From: Octopus bimaculoides
Taxonomy: Eukaryota
Reading direction: 5' to 3'
DNA: 32,940 bases
NCBI RefSeq assembly: GCF_001194135.2
Contig: NC_069000.1
Coordinates: forward strand, 35,104,682-35,137,621
Below are positions 21,046-29,929 of the stretch, piece after piece. The notes under the pieces were generated by a model. It was not told the origin of the DNA and ran no database searches. It saw only the letters and a list, made by a program, of their open reading frames with translations. A program made the translations under genes and the position numbers. Numbering within the stretch: the stretch's first letter is position 1; each line of letters opens with the position of its first letter.

Positions 21046-21572
21046 CTTCACTTTTTAATGAGTAGCAGACGAGCAGCTAACTTTTGATACAGACACAACA
21101 CAGGCCACGCTTTCAGGCTTTTTGGGTAAAGCTTTCAGAAATAACCCAATAGGCTTACCATTAATTCCGTGAAATATTCGCGGATCCTGCTAGGAACACA
21201 TACATGCCAAAGATGCTCCCGAAATTCAGCCACAAACCAAAATTTTGTGGTGGGTGGAATATGCGCTTATGTGCTTGTGTGTGATATGTAGGGCTGAATT
21301 TATGTTTTAGACCAATACTTGCCATGGGTGAGGGTCTCCAAGTTTGGGTGACCCCCAAGTATTAGAGACCTAAGTTACTTAGAGAAGCCCAAAACTTGGA
21401 GTTGAAAATAAAAAAAAAAACATATTTACAATAAATAATTTGTAATTATTTTTACTTGTTTACTTATTAAAAATCCATTAGAGTTCGTTTAAAATTATTA
21501 ACCTCTCTTTTAATTTATCACGCCCTTTACTTTTAAAAAGCCATTAAATTTAACTCAGGCCCTCCAAATCTT

Positions 21573-22422
21573 TTAACTTTCGGGGCCGCTTCAAACTTTT
21601 GGGACCCTAGATTTAACGAGGCCCTCTTTATTATGATTTTAATTAGCTCTTTTTAAAAAGTGCCTTTTAAAAATAGTTTTGAGTATATATTTTCTTCTGA
21701 TAAAATAAGAGGGTACTCAACAGCAATGCATTATCTAAACAAATTATGGAAGCCACATCAACGTGACAGAAACAATCAAAATATTGGTCACCATGACAGT
21801 TACGAAATATACAACAAAAAACAAATTAGGAAGATACAAATTCATATGGAATTATAAATGTTTATTGTATTTAGATCATTTATGTTATATTTGTTTTTAC
21901 AGTGCGTATTCTTCTTGTTAATAGTCATTGTTGTTTTAGCTGCAGCAGTCAAAATTTTGTTTCTTAGTTTTGACAGGCACAATGGTATGGTTAGCGTTAG
22001 ACAGTTGAAAAATATATACGTAAAAATCATAGTGAGATCTAAAATCTCTTGGCCTAAGGCTCTCACGAAGTCTATATCGGGCAGATGATATCCATATAGA
22101 TATGAAGATAAGAAGTCAAGTGGATAGATAGCAAATAGTTAGTGGAGAGATTTACAGAACTAAGGAAGATATTTGGATGGAAAATAGGCATGAGAATTTA
22201 TTGGTGTGAATTGTTTGAACGTGTTAAAAAACAAACACTGAAGCAAGGGGTTAGATGTTAGCAATGTGCGATTCCTAGAAAGGTGTGGTGTTGCCAAGTT
22301 GGTTTCCACAAGAATTTCAGAATAAATTTTCGTTTGTGTCTTTCTTTCTTTTTTCATTTCTTCATATTTCTATATTACTGGTTTTGAATTCAGTTAAATA
22401 TTTTGCGGCCCCAAGAGTTTAA
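21573..22422 (+). mobile_element. Probable piggyBac internal-deletion derivative
   Basis: TTAA|CTTTCGGGGCCGC on the left and GCGGCCCCAAGAG(T)|TTAA on the right give imperfect 13-bp TIRs with a TTAA TSD. Decayed internal frames include NK..DRNNQNIGH (like YN..MGGVDR.DQNI) and RYLDGK.HEF...RC*QCAIPRKVWCCQVGFHKNF (like the C-terminal Cys-rich domain). Confidence 0.55.
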
Positions 22423-22450
22423 TATTATCATTTACAAAGCAGTGAATAAA

Positions 22451-22451
22451 T

Positions 22452-22518
<67 letters not shown>
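22451..22518. repeat. (TG)/(TA) microsatellite
   Basis: Directly visible. Confidence 0.95.
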
Positions 22519-22519
<1 letters not shown>

Positions 22520-23527
22520 GGTGTATGTGTGCATATATTCATGTGTATGAATATATCCATGCATACATACATATATATGTTAATGTCGAACGACGGAAAA
22601 GAGGGATCAACTCTGCATTAGGAATAGAATTTCTTTATATGTGTGCTAAGGCTACCATTCGTTTGATGTAAAGAAAATTATCTTAATACCTTAACAATTT
22701 TTCAAGCCGATCACATGGAGGAATGGTGTTCTCTATTTTGGATGAAAACACCAAGTTTCGGAAATTCGCAGAAAGTCCCGTAAAGAAAACAATAAAACCA
22801 AGGGGGCTTCTATTGGATGACACCTTTTGAAAGGTTATCTCCCTTTGATTTGACTTTTGGGAAAGCGGTCATGTTGGATAGTAAATTTGTTTGCATTGTA
22901 TTATATTATATTCTGGATGTTCGAATGTTTCTGTGCTGAAGTAGNNNNNNNNNNNNNNNNNNNNNNNNNNNNNNNNNNNNNNNNNNNNNNNNNNNNNNNN
23001 NNNNNNNNNNNNNNNNNNNNNNNNNNNNNNNNNNNNNNNNNNNNNNNNNNNNNNNNNNNNNNNNNNNNNNNNNNNNNNNNNNNNNNNNNNNNNNNNNNNN
23101 NNNNNNNNNNNNNNNNNNNNNNNNNNNNNNNNNNNNNNNNNNNNNNNNNNNNNNNNNNNNNNNNNNNNNNNNNNNNNNNNNNNNNNNNNNNNNNNNNNNN
23201 NNNNNNNNNNNNNNNNNNNNNNNNNNNNNNNNNNNNNNNNNNNNNNNNNNNNNNNNNNNNNNNNNNNNNNNNNNNNNNNNNNNNNNNNNNNNNNNNNNNN
23301 NNNNNNNNNNNNNNNNNNNNNNNNNNNNNNAAAATTCGGTACAATTTCTAAAAGACTCGGTCATTATGTTGAATTTATAATCTTTAAGAGACTGAACGAC
23401 GGTTGTCTCAGATCTTCTTACATTTGTTCTTATATATCATCTTTAGTTAATTCTCTAGTTAATTTAGTTAATTCCTGTAATTTAGTTAATTCTCTAGTTA
23501 ATTCGTGATATATATCCTTGGTCTATA

Positions 23528-23737
23528 GAGGCGGTGAGCTGGGAGAAACGTTAGCACGTCGGGCAAAATGCTTCGTCGGTCTTTACGCTCTGAGTTCAAA
23601 TTCTGCCGAGGTCGACTTTGCCTTTCATCATTTCGGAGTCGATAAATCAAGTACCAGTTGCGTACTGGGTCGATCTAATTGACTGGCCCCTTACCCCAAA
23701 ATTTCAGGCCTTGTACCTAGAGTTGAAAAGAATATGT
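23528..23737 (+). mobile_element. SINE family A, full length
   Basis: Close match to the other A copies along its whole length. Confidence 0.93.
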
Positions 23738-23796
23738 TTTTGTTTTTTTTCCTAAATTTAGTGTTATATTATTGCTTAGAACTTTACCCCTAGTCA

Positions 23797-24124
23797 GTGA
23801 AGGCGCGTGGCTTTGTGGTTAGGGTATCTAACTCATGATTGTAAGGCTGTTAGTTCGATTCTCGGCGGCGTGCTGTGTCCTTGAGCAAAACACTTTATTT
23901 CACGTCGATCCAGTCCAGTCAGCTAGCAAAATGAGTTGTACCTGTATTACAAAAGAGCCAGCCTTGTCACATTCCGTGTCACGCTGAATCTACCTGAGAA
24001 CTACGTTAAAAGCATACCTGTCTGTAGAATGCTGAACCACCAGTTGCATGTCAATTTCACGAGCAGGTTCTTCCGTTGATTGGATCAACTGGAGCCCTCA
24101 TCTTCGTAACCGACAGAGTGCCAG
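23797..24124 (+). mobile_element. SINE family B with CORE body (OR2-like CORE-SINE)
   Basis: tRNA-like head, CORE-like GCTGTGTCCTTGAGCAAAACACTTTATTTCACG...CAGCT...AAAATGAG, and a tail (GTTGTACCTGTA...CGACAGAGTGCCA) shared with 18294-18478. Confidence 0.88.
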
Positions 24125-24127
24125 TAT

Positions 24128-24163
<36 letters not shown>

Positions 24164-24165
24164 TA

Positions 24166-24302
24166 ATAATAATAAATGGAGCAAAACGCATGTCAATGAA
24201 AGTTCCTTTAATTCCTACATATATGTTTCGAAATAAATGATAGTTCTTTCACAAAGAAGAAAGAGCTGTTGGGGTTCCTCATTTTGCTCCATTTATTATT
24301 AT
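24166..24302. mobile_element. 137-bp element bounded by a perfect 21-bp inverted repeat; probable Penelope inverted-end remnant or MITE
   Basis: ATAATAATAAATGGAGCAAAA (24166-24186) and its exact reverse complement (24282-24302). The minus-strand interior has CGAAACATATATGTAG, a hammerhead 3' half. Confidence 0.6.
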
Positions 24303-25469
24303 CCATATCTTCTCAAAATGTATCACTTTAACTCGGTATATCAACCTGTAAAACGGCTGGGATATCTTGTTTTTTAGTGTAATTTTTCTACCTCTGGTAA
24401 CTAACTATTAACGTATTTAAATTATNNNNNNNNNNNNNNNNNNNNNNNNNNNNNNNNNNNNNNNNNNNNNNNNNNNNNNNNNNNNNNNNNNNNNNNNNNN
24501 NNNNNNNNNNNNNNNNNNNNNNNNNNNNNNNNNNNNNNNNNNNNNNNNNNNNNNNNNNNNNNNNNNNNNNNNNNNNNNNNNNNNNNNNNNNNNNNNNNNN
24601 NNNNNNNNNNNNNNNNNNNNNNNNNNNNNNNNNNNNNNNNNNNNNNNNNNNNNNNNNNNNNNNNNNNNNNNNNNNNNNNNNNNNNNNNNNNNNNNNNNNN
24701 NNNNNNNNNNNNNNNNNNNNNNNNNNNNNNNATATATATGCTATATATATATGCATGTCATGTGTCTATAAGTATCTGAGTTTGCTTGTGACAGCGTTCG
24801 TCCGTGCTGACCTTTTGTACACGACTCTGAAGTGTTGTTTATTTTCCGTTTCCCTGCTGACACATGTCTTCATCTCTTGTCCACATCTTTTGTAACCGCG
24901 AAGCCTCAATGAAAAATAAGTCAACAGCTGAAAAATAAATGACATACAAGTATTGTAATTATAATTAGCCTTCCCACAATAAAGGGAAAAATACAGACTG
25001 TTATTAACGTTAACAGCATGCGCCAAACGCCATTTAATTGATATGTTCGCTTTTCGAAATATCATTAACTTTTCTATTATATGCTATTAAGAAATTAACT
25101 ATCTGGCAGGAAAGACACGTTTTAATGAGAAATAAACACGTTTTTCATTCTCGCTATTTTCCAATTATTTTTCCTCGCTATTTGGGAAGTAATAAAGGGG
25201 TGGCGTAGGGTGACATAACAACTAAAGTATGAAGGCAATGAATTAACAAAGTCGGTAGAGCGTCCGGGCGCTGGATTGACAAGATCGCTAGAACGTCACG
25301 GCGATGGAAAGTAAAAACTGTTGAGGATGAAGATGACGGGATGGCAAAATCGATTCAGCATCAGAACGGGAGAAATTACAAAATTGGTAGAGAATGGGAG
25401 AAGTGGAAAGGTGAAATTAGTAGAGTATCGGGTCAATGAATTAGTATAAGCAGCAGGTTACTGGGTTGG

Positions 25470-25555
25470 TGGTAGAATAATGTCTTGTGATATTTAGTTA
25501 TGCATCTTTATGTTCGGAGCTCAAATGCTCTTGAGGTCGACTTTGTCGTTTATCT
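25470..25555 (+). mobile_element. SINE family A, decayed fragment
   Basis: CATCTTTATGTTCGGAGCTCAAAT...GAGGTCGACTTTG. Confidence 0.55.
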
Positions 25556-25881
25556 TTGTGAATATGTAGTGCGACGAAATATACATCGGTTTGTTACTGG
25601 ATTTGACTTACATAAATATGTTGCTTATCCAAAAGCATTCGTGGTGTTGGTCCCTTTGTTAATAACCATTATTTCGTTTCGGATGAGGAACGAGTAGGCA
25701 ACACTGCTGAGCAAGCAGCAATAGCTGCAAAGTATCGATATCTTCCGGGACGATTTCGTTTCGCCTATCTTTAAAGTATACTGTGTTTTTTAAACACTAT
25801 ACGGCTTTAAAGAGGTTGGTGTCTCTTACACGAAATATCGCAGCTTCAAGCGTTTAACAAGACACATACATTGAGTATGTG

Positions 25882-26072
25882 ATACTGGTTTCAAATTTTG
25901 GCACAAGGCCAGCAATTTAGTGGGAGTGCTTAACTGATACTTATTTTAACGACCCCGAAAGGATAAAAGGCAAAGTCAACCTCATACGAATTTGAACTCA
26001 GAATGTGAAGACGGACGAAATGCCGTTAAGCATTTTGGCCGGCATGCTAACGGTTCTTCCAGCTCGACGCCA
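25882..26072 (-). mobile_element. SINE family A with internal deletion
   Basis: TTTCAAATTTTGGCACAAGGCC...GACCCCGAAAGGATAAAAGGCAAAGTC...CCAGCTCGACGCC. Confidence 0.9.
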
Positions 26073-26925
26073 TTATTGACATTCATATTTCGACAAATAG
26101 CTCAAATACTGAAAGTGTTGTTTGTTGTTGAGATATTGACCTTAAATTTAAGTGTGGTTCACCGCATAACTTGGCTTTGTCAGTCGTCACGAAAAATCGA
26201 AAAGCGAAATCGATAGAAATGCCGCCTCCATGGAATATTTCCAGAAATTTCCATTTGATTTCAATGCTTGTTTCTTTTAATCCATTTTCAGACAGCCTTT
26301 CATATATTCTCCAGAAATAGTCTGGCTTCATTTTACTTATTGGCATGACTAACATACTTGCTTCATAAAGTGCTAAGCGGTCATTGGACAGCAGCAAGAA
26401 GATCCTGTCTTTTAGATACGCGTACGAATTTGTTCTACACTTTAACCAAACATTCTGTGGCACTCGATGAGCCAACGAAGACAACCACTAAGTTGAGTTC
26501 TGGGGTCGATGTAAACGACTTAACTACTCCTGAGTACGAGTTTAAAAAATTAACTGCATCCCTCTGCCAAGCCATGTCGAGCCAGTGAGGCAAAGTAGAT
26601 TCATTAAACCAGCATCATTTCAATTTTAAAATTCACAGCCTCTACATAAGACCGTGGTTGGTGGAAAGAATATGCTGAGGCCCTCGTCCAGCAGTGAATT
26701 GAACACAGGCAATCAAACCCAGTTCAATGAGTGTCGGTTACTGCAAAAGGCGAGTTGTAGGAGAGCTTAGATCATTACACAGTTTTGGCTTGGTTTTTTA
26801 TTTGAAAACAATTCGCCTTCTGTTAAACTTCTGCAGTGAGGTGCGTAGGGTGGCGTGGTGGCTATTGTACAAAAAAAAAAACACGCCACAACCTTCTTTT
26901 TGTTTTATTTTGTCTCTTTCATTTT

Positions 26926-27339
26926 TTGTTTTACTTTTTATTTGTTTCAGTCATTAGATTAAGTCGAAACCTCGAAGGGTTTTGGTCGATCGAATCGACC
27001 CTAGTCCTTTTGTTTTAAAGCCAGGAACTTATTCTATCGGTCTTTTTAGACGAACCACTAAGTTACGGGGACGTCAACACACCAACACTGATTGTCAAGC
27101 GGGGTGGGGGACAAACACAGACACAAAGACACACACACATACACACACATACACACATATATATACATATATACGACGGGCTTCTTTCAGTTTCCGTCTA
27201 CCAAATCCACTTACAAGGCTTTGGTCGGCCCGAGGCTACAGTAGAAGACACTTGCCCAAGGTGCCACGCAGTGGGACTGAACTCGGAACCATGTGATTCG
27301 TAAGCAAACTACTTACCACACAGCCACTCCTGCGCCTAT
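26926..27339 (-). mobile_element. SINE family C, full length (tRNA head, CORE-like domain, internal microsatellite, 3' tail)
   Basis: Sense strand: ATAGGCGCAGGAGTGGCTGTGTGGTAAG (A box), GTTCAGTCCC (B box), CCTTGGGCAAGTGTCTTCTAC (CORE-like), (TA)(TG)n, then a tail ending TGACTGAAACAAATAAAAAGTAA. Confidence 0.95.
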
Positions 27340-27921
27340 TGGCAAAATGTTGCACATTTGTAGGGAATGGAATAGAACCATTAATTGAATTTATATACAT
27401 CATTTATACACAAGTAAATATGGCATATTTTCTTAAATTCATGAAAATTCAGGACAATAAAAATCTTTTCCATCCACTTCTTCACATGAAATCTTAATTT
27501 TCATTATACCAAGCTAGAAAGAAAAGTGAGGATAATTCTAAGTTAANNNNNNNNNNNNNNNNNNNNNNNNNNNNNNNNNNNNNNNNNNNNNNNNNNNNNN
27601 NNNNNNNNNNNNNNNNNNNNNNNNNNNNNNNNNNNNNNNNNNNNNNNNNNNNNNNNNNNNNNNNNNNNNNNNNNNNNNNNNNNNNNNNNNNNNNNNNNNN
27701 NNNNNNNNNNNNNNNNNNNNNNNNNNNNNNNNNNNNNNNNNNNNNNNNNNNNNNNNCTCTCTCTCTCTCTCTCTCTCTCCCTCTCTAAAATATCTCAAGA
27801 CAAATAGTTAAAGATACTCCAAGCCATTTAATTTCTTTTGCAGTTCATAAACTTGACCGATTAATTGTAATACGGAAACAATTTCAATTTATAAAAATAA
27901 AATCTTTCCAATTTAAAACAC

Positions 27922-27925
<4 letters not shown>

Positions 27926-27962
<37 letters not shown>
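27926..27962. repeat. (CA)n microsatellite
   Basis: Directly visible. Confidence 0.95.
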
Positions 27963-27966
<4 letters not shown>

Positions 27967-28118
27967 CTGATGGGATTCTTCGAAATGCACGCTTTATAAA
28001 TTTCTTTAGATTATTTTCACTATTTTAAGGATTTCAGTTGTCTTTGATTCCATTCCATAATTTCAAGATCGTTTACAGCTTAATCCTCAAACTTGTTTCA
28101 TTATGTAAAAGGAAACGT

Positions 28119-28200
28119 AGGCGAACCAGCAGAATCGTTGACAGGTCGGACAAAAGTACTTAGCGGCATTTCTTCTGATTTTACCCGCTGAGTTCAAATT
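28119..28200 (+). mobile_element. SINE family A, 5' head fragment
   Basis: GCAGAATCGTTGACA-GTCGGACAAAA...CTTAGCGGCATTTC...CTGAGTTCAAATT. Confidence 0.75.
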
Positions 28201-28825
28201 GATATATCAAAGCGATTTTGATATAACACGAAACTACGTGGTTGTGAAATGGAATTCTGAACCACACAGCCATGTCTGGTCTCATCTCGAAAAGCTGAGG
28301 GTTTGGGGACCATTAGGATTTTAATTTATACTGCTATCCCTTGATCACGTATCAATTATCGTCACCAGCTCTGCATATACCACCACCTGCTCATATTGCA
28401 CTACAAAGATGAAAAATGGCCAAGAGTCAATACGAATACCAATGTCCCTGACTCACACCCTAGTATCGTGCTAGCTCATGTATTGCGGTATAAATATTTT
28501 GGGCAGCTTTGAGTCGCAGTATCTCTGCTTGTGACCTCATCTCGGCCTCGGTCGAGACAAAGTGTTACGGTACACAAAAAACCTCTCCACTTTTCACAAA
28601 GCCTCGTTCTTAGAGAAACTCCGGGAAAGGAGGCGTTTCTGTGACATAGCACGATTAAGCTTTCTCCAGTTATGTTCCAGCAATATCAAACATTGCTTGT
28701 GCCCGGTAATGATATCGGAAAAAAACTGGTGTTACGGGTATTTTCGTGCAAAATGTGTATGCATGGGAGTGTGTATTGATGTTCCTGCTGCCAAAAGCGT
28801 CACTGAAACTGTTCTCATTTAAATT

Positions 28826-29034
28826 AGGCTGGGGAGCTGGCAGAAATGTTAGCACGCCGGGCGAAATGCTTAGCGGTATTTCGTCTGCCGCTACGTTCTG
28901 AGTTTTAATTCCGCCGAGGTCGACTTTGCCTTTCATCCTTTCGGGGTCGATGAAATAAGTACCAGTTACGCACTGGGGTCGATATAATCGACTTAATCTG
29001 TTTGTCTGTCCTTGTTTGTCCCCTCTGTGTGTAG
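28826..29034 (+). mobile_element. SINE family A, variant with a different 3' tail (runs into gap)
   Basis: Well-conserved A head and centre, then TCGACTTAATCTGTTTGTCTGTCCTTGTTTGTCCCCTCTGTGTGTAG instead of the usual CCCCTCCCCCAAAATT tail. Confidence 0.92.
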
Positions 29035-29754
29035 NNNNNNNNNNNNNNNNNNNNNNNNNNNNNNNNNNNNNNNNNNNNNNNNNNNNNNNNNNNNNNNNNN
29101 NNNNNNNNNNNNNNNNNNNNNNNNNNNNNNNNNNNNNNNNNNNNNNNNNNNNNNNNNNNNNNNNNNNNNNNNNNNNNNNNNNNNNNNNNNNNNNNNNNNN
29201 NNNNNNNNNNNNNNNNNNNNNNNNNNNNNNNNNNNNNNNNNNNNNNNNNNNNNNNNNNNNNNNNNNNNNNNNNNNNNNNNNNNNNNNNNNNNNNNNNNNN
29301 NNNNNNNNNNNNNNNNNNNNNNNNNNNNNNNNNNNNNNNNNNNNNNNNNNNNNNNNNNNNNNNNNNNNNNNNNNNNNNNNNNNNNNNNNNNNNNNNNNNN
29401 NNNNNNNNNNNNNNNNNNNNNNNNNNNNNNNNNNNNNNNNNNNNNNNNNNNNNNNNNNNNNNNNNNNNNNNNNNNNNNNNNNNNNNNNNNNNNNNNNNNN
29501 NNNNNNNNNNNNNNNNNNNNNNNNNNNNNNNNNNNNNNNNNNNNNNNNNNNNNNNNNNNNNNNNNNNNNNNNNNNNNNNNNNNNNNNNNNNNNNNNNNNN
29601 NNNNNNNNNNNNNNNNNNNNNNNNNNNNNNNNNNNNNNNNNNNNNNNNNNNNNNNNNNNNNNNNNNNNNNNNNNNNNNNNNNNNNNNNNNNNNNNNNNNN
29701 NNNNNNNNNNNNNNNNNNNNNNNNNNNNNNNNNNNNNNNNNNNNNNNNNNNNNN

Positions 29755-29915
29755 ATAATAATAATAATAAGAAGAAGAAGAAGAAGCAGGAGAAGAAGGA
29801 GGAGGAGAAGAAGAAGAAGAAGAAGAAGAAGAAGAAGAAGAAGAAGAAGAAGAAGAAGAAGAAGAAGAAGAAGAAGAAGAAGAAGAAGAAGAAAGATGAT
29901 GATGATGATGATGAT
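29755..29915. repeat. Compound (AAT)n-(AAG)n-(GAT)n microsatellite
   Basis: Directly visible. The poly-K/poly-L ORFs are artefacts of this repeat. Confidence 0.97.
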
Positions 29916-29929
29916 TGAGATCTTCAGAT

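Larger units (their letters stand above)
1283..29754. other. Eleven assembly gaps (N runs) scattered across this span
   Basis: N runs at 1283-1430, 2097-2632, 3608-4297, 4900-4909, 5760-6131, 14574-15306, 16916-17237, 22945-23330, 24426-24731, 27547-27756, 29035-29754. Most abut microsatellites. Confidence 1.

Noticed and set aside
21336-21401. Imperfect 13-bp inverted repeat CTCCAAGTTTGGG / CCCAAAACTTGGAG
   Set aside because: No TSD or other copy; it may belong to an unidentified DNA element but cannot be interpreted.
22689-22830. Frame with VFSILDEN as a possible downstream GTPase exon
   Set aside because: Wrong phase for joining to 12578, no good donor site, and weak similarity.
23442-23503. 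23-bp direct repeat TTTAGTTAATTCTCTAGTTAATT
   Set aside because: Low-complexity slippage product.
25700-25774. Peptide NTAEQAAIAAKYRYLPGRFRF resembling a second CRE fragment
   Set aside because: Too short, and the diagnostic AVET motif does not follow.
8961-29034. Recurrent conserved repeats with variable spacers, superficially CRISPR-like
   Set aside because: The units are ~200-bp SINEs with Pol III boxes on both strands, with irregular spacing, no cas genes and a eukaryotic context.
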